64,000 bases of DNA from an uncultured Acidobacteriota bacterium (GTDB taxonomy: Bacteria; Acidobacteriota; Vicinamibacteria; Vicinamibacterales; Fen-181), in assembly GCA_963844875.1 (NCBI GenBank), contig CAWJPZ010000003.1:645200-709199 (forward strand). The letters run 5' to 3'. Within the stretch, counting starts at the first letter, position 1. Every line of letters starts with the position of its first letter. The translations under genes were made by a program, and so were the position numbers. Positions 26,614 to 36,208 of this stretch are shown here, piece by piece. The notes below the pieces were generated by a model, which worked only from the letters and a program-made list of their open reading frames with translations, did not search any database and was not told the origin of the DNA.

Positions 26614-28757
26614 GCACGCGACAAGAAGCCCCGGCCTGCGCGGTGTGCGAGCTGCACACCGAGTCGGTGTATCGCATCGAGGGCATGGACTGCCACGAGG
26701 AAGTGCAGCTGCTCGAGCGCCGTCTCGGGCACCTTCCAGGTCTCGAGCGGTTCTCGGCGGACATTCTCAACCAGCGCCTGCGCGTGACCCACGACGCCGC
26801 CCGTCTGTCGGCCGCCGCGGTGGCGGAGGCCGTGAACGGCACCGGCATGCGGGCATGGCTGGAGCGCGAACACCCCCTGCCGCTCAGTTCTCAATCGTCG
26901 TCGAACCGGGTCCGTCTCCTGTTCCTGTCGGGTGCCGGCCTGGCGGCAGGCGAAGCGTTCCACTGGTTCGGCGCGCCCTCGCCGCTCGTCGTCACGCTCT
27001 TCCTGGTCTCGATCGTCGCCGGCGGCGTGCACACCGCGCGCCGAAGCTGGACCGCGCTGCGCGCCCGCTCGCTCGACATCAACGCATTGATGCTGGTCGC
27101 CGTCGTCGGCGCTGCCGCCATCGGCGAATGGTCGGAGGCGGCGGCCGTCATCTTCCTCTTCGCGCTCGCACAGTGGCTCGAAACCCGGAGCATGGACCGG
27201 GTCCGCCACGCGATCCGGACGCTCATGGACCTGACCCCCGCCGACGCCCTCGTCGTCAGGGACGGCGTCGAACTGCGCGTGCCGCTCGACGACCTCGCCG
27301 TGGGCGACACCATCGTGGTGAAGCCGGGCGAGCGGATTCCCATCGATGGCCGGGTCGCGGTGGGGGAGAGCGACGTGAACCAGGCGCCCATCACGGGCGA
27401 ATCGCTGCCGGTGGAGAAGAACCCGGGCGACGAGGTCTTCGCCGGAACGATCAACGGCCACGGCGCGCTCGAAGTCCGCGTGACGAAGCTCCGCCGCGAC
27501 ACCACGATGGCGCGGATCATCAACCTGGTGGAGGTGGCCCAGGCCCAGCGGGCGCCGTCGCAGAGCTTCGTCGAGCGCTTCGCCCGGGTTTACACCCCGG
27601 CGGTGATCGGGATCGCGGTCCTCGTCGCCGCCGTGCCGCCCCTGTTCCTCGGACAGCCGTTCTTCGACTGGCTCTACCGCGCCCTGGTGCTGCTGGTCAT
27701 CTCCTGTCCCTGTGCGCTGGTGATCTCGACCCCGGTGTCGATCGTGTCCGCGCTGGCCGGCGCCGCGCGGCGCGGGATCCTGATCAAGGGAGGCATCCAC
27801 CTGGAGCGAGCCGCTACGATCAACGTCGTCGCCTTCGACAAGACCGGCACGCTCACCCACGGCCGCCCCGAAGTGGTGGACGTCATCCCGCTGAACGGTG
27901 TCGGTGCGTCCGAGGTCCTTCGGCTCGCTGCCGGCCTCGAATCGCGCTCCGAGCACCCCCTGGCGCAGGCGGTCATCAGGCGGGCGCAGCGCGAAGGGAC
28001 CATGCCGGCGGCCGGCGAAGGATTCCGCGCCCTGCCGGGGCTCGGCGCGGAGGCCACGGTGGACGGCCAACCGGTCCTCGTCGGCAACCACCGGTTGTTC
28101 GAGGAGCGCTCGCTGTGCTCGGCGGCGGCCGAGGACCACCTGGCCGCACTGGGGCGCGCCGGACGCACCGCCGTGATGGTCGCGAGCGGCGGCCGAACGG
28201 TGGGGATCATCGGGGTGGCGGATTCCACACGCGAGTCGGGCGCCGGGGCGGTCTCGGCACTCAGGACGGGTGGCGTGTCTCGCGTGGTCATGCTCACCGG
28301 TGACAACCGGCGGACCGCCGACACGATCGGCGCCTCCCTGGGGCTGGACGAGTGGCGCGCCGAACTGCTTCCCGCCGACAAGCTGTCGGCCGTGGGCGAC
28401 CTGCAGCGCCGGCATGGACCCGTGGCGATGGTGGGCGACGGCGTGAACGACGCGCCCGCGCTCGCGGCCGCGAGTCTCGGCATCGCGATGGGCGCGGCAG
28501 GCACGGACGCGGCGCTCGAGACTGCCGACGTCGCGCTGATGTCCGACGACCTCATGGGTGTCCCGGACTTCCTCCGCCTCGGGCGCGACACCGTCCGGAA
28601 CATTCGAACGAACATTGCCGTCGCGCTCGGGTTGAAGGCGCTGTTCCTCGGCCTGGCAATCGCCGGCCTCGCGACGCTGTGGATGGCTGTCGTGGCCGAC
28701 ATGGGCGCATCGCTGCTGGTGATCGCGAACGGCCTGAGGCTGCTCAAGGCGAAGTAG
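26610..28757 (+). CDS. Heavy-metal-translocating P1B-type ATPase (Cd/Zn/Co-type)
   Basis: N-terminal HMA-like domain 'IEGMDCHEEV', 'CPCALVISTP', 'DKTGTLT' and 'GDGVNDAPAL'. The ATG overlaps the arsR stop (ATGA). Confidence 0.95.
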   Translation: MSTRQEAPACAVCELHTESVYRIEGMDCHEEVQLLERRLGHLPGLERFSADILNQRLRVTHDAARLSAAAVAEAVNGTGMRAWLEREHPLPLSSQSSSNRVRLLFLSGAGLAAGEAFHWFGAPSPLVVTLFLVSIVAGGVHTARRSWTALRARSLDINALMLVAVVGAAAIGEWSEAAAVIFLFALAQWLETRSMDRVRHAIRTLMDLTPADALVVRDGVELRVPLDDLAVGDTIVVKPGERIPIDGRVAVGESDVNQAPITGESLPVEKNPGDEVFAGTINGHGALEVRVTKLRRDTTMARIINLVEVAQAQRAPSQSFVERFARVYTPAVIGIAVLVAAVPPLFLGQPFFDWLYRALVLLVISCPCALVISTPVSIVSALAGAARRGILIKGGIHLERAATINVVAFDKTGTLTHGRPEVVDVIPLNGVGASEVLRLAAGLESRSEHPLAQAVIRRAQREGTMPAAGEGFRALPGLGAEATVDGQPVLVGNHRLFEERSLCSAAAEDHLAALGRAGRTAVMVASGGRTVGIIGVADSTRESGAGAVSALRTGGVSRVVMLTGDNRRTADTIGASLGLDEWRAELLPADKLSAVGDLQRRHGPVAMVGDGVNDAPALAAASLGIAMGAAGTDAALETADVALMSDDLMGVPDFLRLGRDTVRNIRTNIAVALGLKALFLGLAIAGLATLWMAVVADMGASLLVIANGLRLLKAK

Positions 28758-28777
28758 CCGCGGAAAGGCGCCGCGGC
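28757..28777. terminator. Hairpin between the convergent ATPase and CNNM genes
   Basis: GCCGCGG (28757-28763) pairs with CCGCGGC (28771-28777) around a 7-nt loop, and the 5' arm starts in the last base of the ATPase stop codon (28755-28757). It is the only structure in the 25-nt convergent gap. Confidence 0.35.
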
Positions 28778-28782
28778 CCGTC

Positions 28783-30094
28783 TCACTTCCTGGTCAGGTA
28801 GACCCTCGCCACCCGCAGCCCGTCGAGGGCTTCGACGCGGAGCATCCGGCCCTCGACCTCCACGCGGTCGCCGAGCCGTGCGCGACGGCCCAGTTGACCC
28901 AGGACGAAGCCTCCGAGCGTGGTGTACACGTCCTCGTCGATGTGCAGGCCGAACTGTTCGTTGACGTCGGTCGTCAGCGCCAGCCCGTCGACGAGGGCGG
29001 ACCCGTCAGGCAGGACCGAGATGCGGGTGCGCCCGGCGTTGAACTCGCTTCCCACCTCCCCGACGATTCGCTCCATCAGCCCCTCGAACGTCACCAGGCC
29101 GGCGGTGCCGCCGGTACTCGTCGATCACCACGGCGTGGTGCGTCCCATGCCGCTTCATTTCCTCCAGGACATCGTCGGCCTTCAGCGTCTCGGGGACCGT
29201 CATTGCCTCGCGCAGGTAGTCGGTGACGTGAAAGCTCTCCGCGGGCTGCTTCAGCGCGGGAAACACGTCCTCCACGTGAAGGAACCCGAGGACGTCGTCG
29301 ACACCCTTTCCGAAGACCGGCAGCCACGGGTGCGGCTGCCGCGCCACCTGGTCGATCAATTCCGGCAACGTGGAGCCCGCCCGGATGCCGTTCATCTCGG
29401 TGCGCGGCACCATCACCTGCCCGGCGGTGAGGTCGCCAAAGCCGAAGACACGGTGAATCATCTGCTCTTCGTCTTCCTCGAGCACGCCGGCTTCCTGGCT
29501 CGCGGTGACGAGCATCTTCAGCTCTTCCTCGGAGTGCACCATCGAATGACCGCTCGGCGGCCGCAGGCCGAGCAGTCGGACCAGCCGCGTTCCCAGGCCG
29601 TTCAGCAGCGCGATGAACGGCCAGAAGGCTCGCATGAACAGCCGGGTCGGCGCCGTCACGAGGAGCGCCGTCTTTTCGGCGTGCTGCAACGCGATCGTCT
29701 TCGGCGCGAGTTCGCCGCAGACCACGTGCAGCGACGTGATGAACGCGAACGAGACCCCGAAGGCAATCGAGTGGGCACCCGTCCTGCCCCACTCGACCGG
29801 CAGGTACGCGAGCAGCGGCTGGATGGTGCTCGCGACGGCCGGTTCTCCCAGCCACCCGAGGCCCAGGCTGGTCATGGTGATCCCGACCTGCGTGGCGGCG
29901 ATGAACCGGTCGGGCGAGGTGATCGCTTCCCTCACGCCGACCGCCCGCCGGACGCCTTCGGCAATCAGTTGATCGATCCGGGTCTTGCGGACCGTGACGA
30001 TCGCGAACTCCGCGGCGACGAAGAAGCCGTTGGCGAGGACGAGCGCGAAGACGGCCGCCATCCGCCAGGCGATATCCATCGGCACCTGATCCAT
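28783..30094 (-). CDS. CNNM/CorC/TlyC-family protein (DUF21, CBS pair, CorC_HlyC), with the frame broken once at about 29113
   Basis: The sequence reads '...HHAVVIDEY' and then shifts frame. Removing one G/C next to GTAC 29114-29117 restores the canonical 'DEYGGTAGLVTFEGLMERIVGEV'. The C-terminal part is the 28783..29094 ORF. Confidence 0.9.
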
Positions 30095-30157
30095 GCGAAA
30101 ACTGTAGCAGGGTCGGGACGAAAGGACGAAGGAAAGGAACGGCGGGAGCCGAAGCGG

Positions 30158-30875
30158 CTATCCCTTGGCGGTGAAGAAGTGACCGTCCACGAACTCGTCG
30201 ATCGATTCCTGGTCCAGCGGTTCGATCCGCTCGAACTGCATGCCCATACCGATCCGCCGGTCGCTCCACGTCACCCTGGCGTCGGCCTCGACTTCGCGCT
30301 TTGCGCCAGGCAACCGGAAGCGCAGCCGCGTTGCCGACCCGACTTCCAGGGGGCTCATCGTCCGGATGCTCACCCCGCCTTTTCCCAGGTTCAAGGTGAG
30401 CACCGCCGTAATCGTGTCGCCAAAGCGGTACGCGACGGGTATGCTCAGTCCCGACCCGCGGGCTGGACCGGCGATTGAAGTTGTCCGGGAAGAGATGTGG
30501 CGCGAGCGAGGGCAGGATGTGCTGCACCGCGCTATACTCATTGATATAGCCCGCCACGCCGAGGGCCGCGAGTTCCCGGACTTCCTCGGCGCTCGTGATG
30601 GTGCCGCTGAAGACGAGGATCGGAAGTCGCCCGCCATCGAGCTTGCGGATGGCGCGAACCAGGTCCACGCCCGAAGCGAACGGAAGGCGCAGGTCGAGGA
30701 CGAGCAGGTCGAACTCGTCGAGGTCTGCCCGGACCCGGCCCAGCAGTTCGGCAGCGCTCTTGGCGGTGACCGCCCGGTGGCCGGCTTCCTGCAGGGCGGC
30801 TTGGAACCGCTCGCGGACGAAGGCGGCGTCGTCGGCAATGAGGACGGTCTTGATCGCGGCAACGCCTGTGGTCAT
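30158..30875 (-). CDS. Response-regulator receiver domain fused to a PilZ domain, with the frame broken once at about 30450
   Basis: REC: 'VLIADDAAFVRE', 'DLLVLDLRLP'. PilZ: 'NRRSSPRV' in one frame, and 'GLSIPVAYRF...LNLGKGGVSI' in the 30158..30862 frame. Confidence 0.8.
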
Positions 30876-31068
30876 CGATCCGTTGTATCGGAAGAGACAG
30901 CGCGGGACGTTAGACCGGATGAGCTGCCGGCGGCGAATTGCAGGAATCGTTTGGATCTGGCTATAATCCCGACCCACTCTCGGCAAGACCTTCACACGAG
31001 CGCATCTGGCGTGTCGCGTCCCCTTGCCGGACCGAGTTGCGGGCAAACCACCTCCAGGAGGGTGTGGC

Positions 31069-31296
31069 ATGGCCACGTGCCCCGAGTGCGAAGCCGATAT
31101 CGAGGTCGACGAGTACGACGTCGACAAGGGTGACCTGATTAGCTGTCCCGAGTGCGGCAGCCATCTCGAGGTGACGAGCGTCACCCCCGTCGAACTCGAC
31201 GTGGCGCCCGAAGACGACGAGGACGAAGACGACCTCGAGGACGACGACGACGATGAAGACGCCGACGAGGACGAGGAAGAGGATTGGGACGAGTGA
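31069..31296 (+). CDS. lysW: LysW-like zinc-ribbon amino-group carrier protein with an extended acidic tail
   Basis: 'MATCPECEADIEV....GDLISCPECGSHLEV......L..APE' then about 25 Asp/Glu residues ending in 'EDWDE' (canonical LysW ends in EDWGE). AGGAGG at 31056-31061 lies 7 nt upstream of the ATG. Confidence 0.65.
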   Translation: MATCPECEADIEVDEYDVDKGDLISCPECGSHLEVTSVTPVELDVAPEDDEDEDDLEDDDDDEDADEDEEEDWDE

Positions 31297-32156
31297 ATGA
31301 ACCTGCCCCCATGGGCACGATGACAGGCGGGGCCGACGCGCTGGACCTCAAGGAACAGCGCCTCCGGGGCATCCTGCGGGAGTACGGCTCCGCCGTGGTG
31401 GCTTTCAGCGGGGGCGTCGACAGCGCGTACCTGGCCGCGGTCGCAACGGCGGAATTGGGCGAGCGCGCGCTGTCGGTGACCGCCGACAGCCCGAGCTATC
31501 CGTCCAGGCACCGCGCCCTCGCCGTCCGCATCGCCCGCGACTTCTCGCTGCGGCACGAGTTCCTGGTGACCGCCGAGATGGAGCGGCCGGAGTACACGGC
31601 GAACCCGTCGAATCGCTGCTACTACTGCAAGCAGGAACTCTTCGGCCGCCTGACCGCGCTGGCCCGCGAGCGCGGCTTCGCGGCCGTCGTCGACGGCAAC
31701 AACGCCGACGACCGGGGCGACTACCGTCCGGGGCGGGAGGCGGCTCGCGAGCACGGCGTGCGAAGCCCGCTCGACGAGGCGGGCCTCACGAAGGCCGAAA
31801 TCCGCCAGCTCTCGCGGCGCCTGGGTCTCCCGACCTGGGACGAGCCAGCATCCGCGTGCCTGTCGTCGAGGATTCCGTACGGCAGCGAGGTCACGGTGGA
31901 GAAGCTGCGCATGATCGAGCAGGCCGAAGACGTCCTGCACTCGCTCGGCTTCCGGCACTGCCGCGTGCGGCATCACGGGGACGTGGCGAGACTCGAGGTG
32001 GCGGCCGAGGAGATGCCCCGCGTTCTGGAGGGCACCGTCCGCGACGCCCTCGTCCGCGATCTCAAGTCGATCGGCTACCGCTACATCAGCCTCGATCTGC
32101 AGGGCTACCGCACCGGCAGCCTCAACGAGGTCCTTCCGCTCAAGGCGGTGTCCTAG
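31293..32156 (+). CDS. larE: LarE-like PP-loop ATP pyrophosphatase (TIGR00268 family)
   Basis: PP-loop 'VVAFSGGVDSAYLA', 'NRCYYCKQELF' and 'ASACLSSRIPYG'. GTG 31293 overlaps the lysW stop (GTGA). ATG 31311 and ATG 31320 are alternative starts. Confidence 0.75.
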   Translation: MNEPAPMGTMTGGADALDLKEQRLRGILREYGSAVVAFSGGVDSAYLAAVATAELGERALSVTADSPSYPSRHRALAVRIARDFSLRHEFLVTAEMERPEYTANPSNRCYYCKQELFGRLTALARERGFAAVVDGNNADDRGDYRPGREAAREHGVRSPLDEAGLTKAEIRQLSRRLGLPTWDEPASACLSSRIPYGSEVTVEKLRMIEQAEDVLHSLGFRHCRVRHHGDVARLEVAAEEMPRVLEGTVRDALVRDLKSIGYRYISLDLQGYRTGSLNEVLPLKAVS

Positions 32157-32168
32157 ACCCGCCGGCGG

Positions 32169-32915
32169 CTAGACGGCCTTGCGCGCCGCGCACAGCAGCG
32201 AACTTCCAAACGGCAGGTCCATCACGCGGACGACGCGCGCCTCGACGGCGAGGAGCGCGTCGAGCGCCGCGTTGAAGGGGGCCGGCGGCACGGAGATTTC
32301 GCGGCCGGTTTCCTCGGGCGTGTCCATCCCGGCCGCGCGCTGCAGGAGGCGGGCGGTCAGCACCATCGGGAACAGGGCGGCGTTGGTGTAGGTCATCTTC
32401 GCCGGGGTCATGCCCGCTGCTTCGAGTTCCTCCCGCAGCATCCGCTTGTCGTAGCGCCGCAGTTCCTCGGCGAGCACCGAATGGCCGCCCCGGAGGATCT
32501 CCAGCGCCGCCACGTTGACCACGAGCGTTCCCCCGGGCTTGAGGACGCGCGCCATCTCCCGGACCGCCTTCCGCGCGTCGGCCCCGGTCAGGGCGTAGAG
32601 CACGTCGAACGACGTCACGAGGTCGAACGTCGCTTCGGGAAAGGGCATGGCGATGACGCTCGCGCGCGCCAGCCGCGTGAGACCCGATGCCCGCGCGTGC
32701 GCCAGCCCGACGCGATTGAGGTCGAAGCCAAATCCATCTTCGAGCCCTGCCAGCGTGCGGAGGTTGCACCCCGTGCCGCACCCGGCGTCCAGCACCCGCG
32801 CTGACGGGCGTCCGGCAAGCGCCTCGGCGATGAGGGGCTGCACGAACCGCCGGAGTCCGCGAAACCAGAAGTGGGTGATCTCGGCCTGAAATGTCGCTTC
32901 GAGGAGTCGATCCAC
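32169..32915 (-). CDS. Class I SAM-dependent methyltransferase
   Basis: Motif I 'VLDAGCGTGCN', an acidic loop 'FDLN' and 'FDLVTSFDVLYAL'. Confidence 0.8.
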   Translation of the reverse strand: MDRLLEATFQAEITHFWFRGLRRFVQPLIAEALAGRPSARVLDAGCGTGCNLRTLAGLEDGFGFDLNRVGLAHARASGLTRLARASVIAMPFPEATFDLVTSFDVLYALTGADARKAVREMARVLKPGGTLVVNVAALEILRGGHSVLAEELRRYDKRMLREELEAAGMTPAKMTYTNAALFPMVLTARLLQRAAGMDTPEETGREISVPPAPFNAALDALLAVEARVVRVMDLPFGSSLLCAARKAV

Positions 32916-32986
32916 CGGCCGATTCTACAGGAGGCCCGGCCGTGCGCGCACGGGGCACGTTGCCGCTTCCGATGAGCCTGCTGTGT

Positions 32987-33015
32987 TTGACACCCCGTAC
33001 TCAAACCGATAAGCT
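32987..33015 (+). promoter_or_regulatory. Candidate promoter for pal: TTGACA-17 nt-TAAGCT
   Basis: TTGACA at 32987-32992, a 17-nt spacer and TAAGCT at 33010-33015. It shares the string TTGACACCCCG with the nuoA promoter. Confidence 0.4.
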
Positions 33016-33119
33016 GAAATTCTCTGCCGCCTGAACTCGGCTACCGGCCAGCCGTTCTTTTCGCCCAGGCTCTCCCACCAACTTGGCCGCGCTCGAGGTC
33101 GGCTGCTCGAGGAGACATC

Positions 33120-33692
33120 ATGACTCGCCTCGCCCGGTTCGTTGTCGTTGCCACAGCTATCGCTTCCATCGGGCTTGCCGGTTGCGGCAAGAAGGAAGCT
33201 CCCAAGACGGCTCCGCCGCCGCCGCCGCCCGCGGCGACTCCCGCGCCCCCGCCGCCCCCGCCGCCGCCGCCGCCACCACCCAAGCCGGCGCCGCCGGCGC
33301 AGCTGACAGAGGATCAGCTGTTCGCTCAGAAGTCCCTGGAGCAGCTGAACGCCGAGAAACCGCTCGTCGACGTCTTCTTCGACTACGACAAGGCGGAAGT
33401 GAAGGACGAGGGCCGGGGGGCCCTGCAGAAGAATGCCGAATGGCTGAAGCGCTGGTCGAGCGTCAAGGTCACCGTGGAAGGCCACTGTGACTCGCGAGGC
33501 ACACCCGAGTACAACCTGGCGCTCGGCGAGCGGCGTGCGAACACCGTCAAGAGCTACCTCGCCAGCCTCGGTGTGCCTGCCGACCGGATCGTGGTGGTGA
33601 GCAAGGGCAAGGAGCAGCCGTTCTGCTCGGAGGAGAACGAGAGCTGCTGGTCACAGAACCGGCGCGGCCACTTCATCATCACGGCGAAGTAG
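33120..33692 (+). CDS. pal: Peptidoglycan-associated lipoprotein (OmpA-family C-terminal domain)
   Basis: Lipobox 'LAGC', a Pro-rich linker containing 12 consecutive Pro, and an OmpA-like domain 'VTVEGHCDSRGTPEYNLALGERRANTV'. Confidence 0.9.
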   Translation: MTRLARFVVVATAIASIGLAGCGKKEAPKTAPPPPPPAATPAPPPPPPPPPPPPKPAPPAQLTEDQLFAQKSLEQLNAEKPLVDVFFDYDKAEVKDEGRGALQKNAEWLKRWSSVKVTVEGHCDSRGTPEYNLALGERRANTVKSYLASLGVPADRIVVVSKGKEQPFCSEENESCWSQNRRGHFIITAK

Positions 33693-33696
33693 CCCG

Positions 33697-34416
33697 TCAG
33701 CCGCTGAACCCGCAGCTGGCCGCGATCGCGGCCGCTGCGGCTCGTGGGTCGGGCGCAGCCAGGATGGGGCGCCCGACGACGAGATAGCTCGCACCCGCGG
33801 CGAGCGCCTCTGGCGCGGACAATGTGCGCGCCTGGTCGTCCTGCCGCCCGCCCGCCGGCGCGGCTCCCCGGATGCCGGGCGTCACGATCACGAACTCCCG
33901 CCCCCGTGCCTCCCGAAGCCTCCGCGTTTCCTGCGGGGACGCGACGACGCCGTCCAGGCCCGCGGCTGCGGCGAGGGCCGCAAGGGCGTCGACGTGGTCC
34001 GCCACCGGGACCTTGACGCCGACGCGCGCGAGGGCGGCCTCGTCCAGGCTCGTCAGGACCGTCACGGCGATGACGACCGGCCGCGCCACGTTGTCCTTCG
34101 CGCTCGTTTCCGCGGCCGCGTCGCGGGCCGCCCGCATCATGTCGAGCCCGCCGGAGGCGTGCACGTTGATCATCCAGGCGCCGAGCCGCGTCGCCGCCGA
34201 CACGGCCCCCGCCACGGTGTTCGGGATGTCGTGGAACTTGAGGTCCAGGAACACCCGGTGGCCCGCGTCCGTCAACCGGCGCACGATGGACGGCCCTTCG
34301 GACGTGAACAACCGGCTTCCGACCTTGACGCCGCCAACGACCCCGGCGAGGTCGCGGGCCAGTTCCACGGCGCGATCCGCGGAATCGACGTCGAGCGCCA
34401 CGAGCAGTTCCCTCAC
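33697..34416 (-). CDS. pyrF: Orotidine 5'-phosphate decarboxylase
   Basis: 'LLVALDV', 'GVKVG', '[14 protein letters not shown]' and 'VVGRPI'. The GTG overlaps the pyrD stop (GTGA). Confidence 0.9.
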   Translation of the reverse strand: MRELLVALDVDSADRAVELARDLAGVVGGVKVGSRLFTSEGPSIVRRLTDAGHRVFLDLKFHDIPNTVAGAVSAATRLGAWMINVHASGGLDMMRAARDAAAETSAKDNVARPVVIAVTVLTSLDEAALARVGVKVPVADHVDALAALAAAAGLDGVVASPQETRRLREARGREFVIVTPGIRGAAPAGGRQDDQARTLSAPEALAAGASYLVVGRPILAAPDPRAAAAAIAASCGFSG

Positions 34417-35345
34417 GCGCGCTTCTCCCCGGGAAGCTCCAGCGTTCCCGTCAGATCCGACACCCGCTCGATCCCGTGCCGCTGCAGGTAGTCTCGCAGG
34501 CCGGCTTCCAGCTTGCCCCAGATGAATGGATCGACGAAGTTGGCCGTCCCGACCTGCACGGCGGTCGCTCCGGCGATCAGGAACTCCAGCACGTCGGCCG
34601 CCGACGCGATCCCGCCCATCCCGATCACCGGGATCCTGACGAGCCGCGCGCACTCGTAGACCATGCGCACCGCGATGGGACGGATGGCCGGGCCGCTCAG
34701 GCCCCCCATCACGTTGCTCAGCCGCGGCCGGCGCGTTTCCACGTCGATCGCCATCGCGAGGAACGTGTTGACCAGCGAGACGGCGTCCGCGCCTGCGTCC
34801 TCGGCCGCCTTCGCGAAGGAGGCCACGTCGGTCACGTTCGGCGTCAGCTTGGGAATCAACGGAAGCGTCGTGGCGCGTCTCACCGCCGAGACGACCTGGC
34901 GAGTGTTCCCCAGGTGGCAGCCGAACGAGATGCCGCCCTCCTTGATGTTGGGGCACGAGATGTTCAGCTCGAGTGCCGCCACACCGTCCACGTCCGACAG
35001 CACGCGGGCCACCTCGACGTATTCGTCGATGGTGGTGCCGCAGATGTTCACGATCACCGTCGCGCCGCGCTCGCGCAGCTCCGGCATCTTCTCCCGCACG
35101 AACCTGTGGACCCCGATCCCCTGCAGGCCGATCGCGTTCAGCATCCCGGCCGGTGTCTCGACGATGCGGGGCGGCGGGTGGCCCTGGCGCTCGTTGAGGA
35201 ACAGGCCCTTCACGACCACGGCGCCGAGGCTGGAGAGTTCGACCGTGCTGGCGTACTCCGTTCCGTAGCCGAAGCAGCCGCTGGCGGACATGATCGGGCT
35301 CTTCAGCCGAAGGGCGCCGATGCGGACGGAAAGGTCGGTGCTCAT
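34413..35345 (-). CDS. pyrD: Dihydroorotate dehydrogenase, class 1B catalytic subunit
   Basis: '[15 protein letters not shown]', 'LELNISCPN', 'KLTPNV', '[12 protein letters not shown]' and 'IGMGGI'. Confidence 0.95.
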   Translation of the reverse strand: MSTDLSVRIGALRLKSPIMSASGCFGYGTEYASTVELSSLGAVVVKGLFLNERQGHPPPRIVETPAGMLNAIGLQGIGVHRFVREKMPELRERGATVIVNICGTTIDEYVEVARVLSDVDGVAALELNISCPNIKEGGISFGCHLGNTRQVVSAVRRATTLPLIPKLTPNVTDVASFAKAAEDAGADAVSLVNTFLAMAIDVETRRPRLSNVMGGLSGPAIRPIAVRMVYECARLVRIPVIGMGGIASAADVLEFLIAGATAVQVGTANFVDPFIWGKLEAGLRDYLQRHGIERVSDLTGTLELPGEKRA

Positions 35346-36162
35346 CTCGCTTCGTCCCACACGATGTCGGCGGCCCTGAAGACCGGGCCCTCGATGCAGG
35401 AGCGGGCGTAACGCGCGCCGCCGTCGGCCGTCCGCACCCGGACCACACAGCTGTAGCACCCGCCCATCCCGCAGCCCATCTGGCGTTCCGTCGCAATCTC
35501 GCAGTCGCACCCGTAGCGTTCCGCCAGCCCGGCGACCGCCCGGAGCATCGGTTCGGGGCCGCAGGCGCGGAGGACGACGGGGAGTGCCGGCGAACGCGCC
35601 GAGAGCGCCGCCGCCAGCGGCACGGTGACGCGGCCGCGCTCGCCGCGCGACCCGTCCTCGGTGGCCAGCACGACCGGCGTCCCGCGCCGCCCGAATGGTT
35701 CGACGCAGAACAACTCGGACGCCTTTCGCGCGCCGTAGAACAACGTGCCCGGGATACCCGCCGCGGAAAGGTCCTCGCTGAGCGTCTCGAACGGCGCCAG
35801 GCCGGTGCCGCCGGCGACCATCCACACCTCGGCGCCCGCGGGCGGGGGTGAGAACGGGCGGCCGAGCGGGCCGAGGCAGGCCAGCCTCGTGCCCGGCGCG
35901 GCGTTGTACAGGAGCGAACTCCCGACGCCCACCCGCTTGTTGAAGATCGAGAAGCCGATGACCGCGCCGTCCTGCGCGCGCACCCGTTCGAAGACCAGTA
36001 CGGACGGCGCAACAGCGGCGTGTCGCCGGGCGACGTGCGGATCATCACGAACTGCCCCGGCTGGATGGCGGCGGCCAGGTCTGGGGCGCGGAAGGCGATC
36101 ACGCAGTAGTCGTCGGACAGGCGGGTCGAGGAAAGGACTTCAGCGTCCACATCCACTGGCAT
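35342..36162 (-). CDS. pyrK: Dihydroorotate dehydrogenase electron-transfer subunit, with the frame broken once at about 35996
   Basis: The N-terminal part is in the 33697..36222 frame ('QPGQFVMIR...LLRRPY'). Adding one base restores 'RRPYSVFERV...'. The C-terminal part is in the 35342..35983 frame and carries the 2Fe-2S motif 'CGMGGCYSC....C'. Confidence 0.85.
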
Positions 36163-36208
36163 CGCGTGAAGTATAGCCCGAAGACCGGTCCCCGGCCGCC
36201 TTTCGGCT

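Noticed and set aside
31190-31293. The GA-rich (gac/gaa/gag) tract as a microsatellite or non-coding repeat.
   Set aside because: It keeps the lysW-like frame, encodes only Asp/Glu, and ends in the functional-looking EDWDE motif. It is a coding low-complexity tail.
29091-31976. The 961-aa minus-strand ORF spanning CNNM, REC-PilZ, lysW and larE.
   Set aside because: It is a chimera. Only the stretch of about 30450-30875 (the REC domain) is real coding sequence in this frame. The rest runs antisense or out of frame through neighbouring genes.
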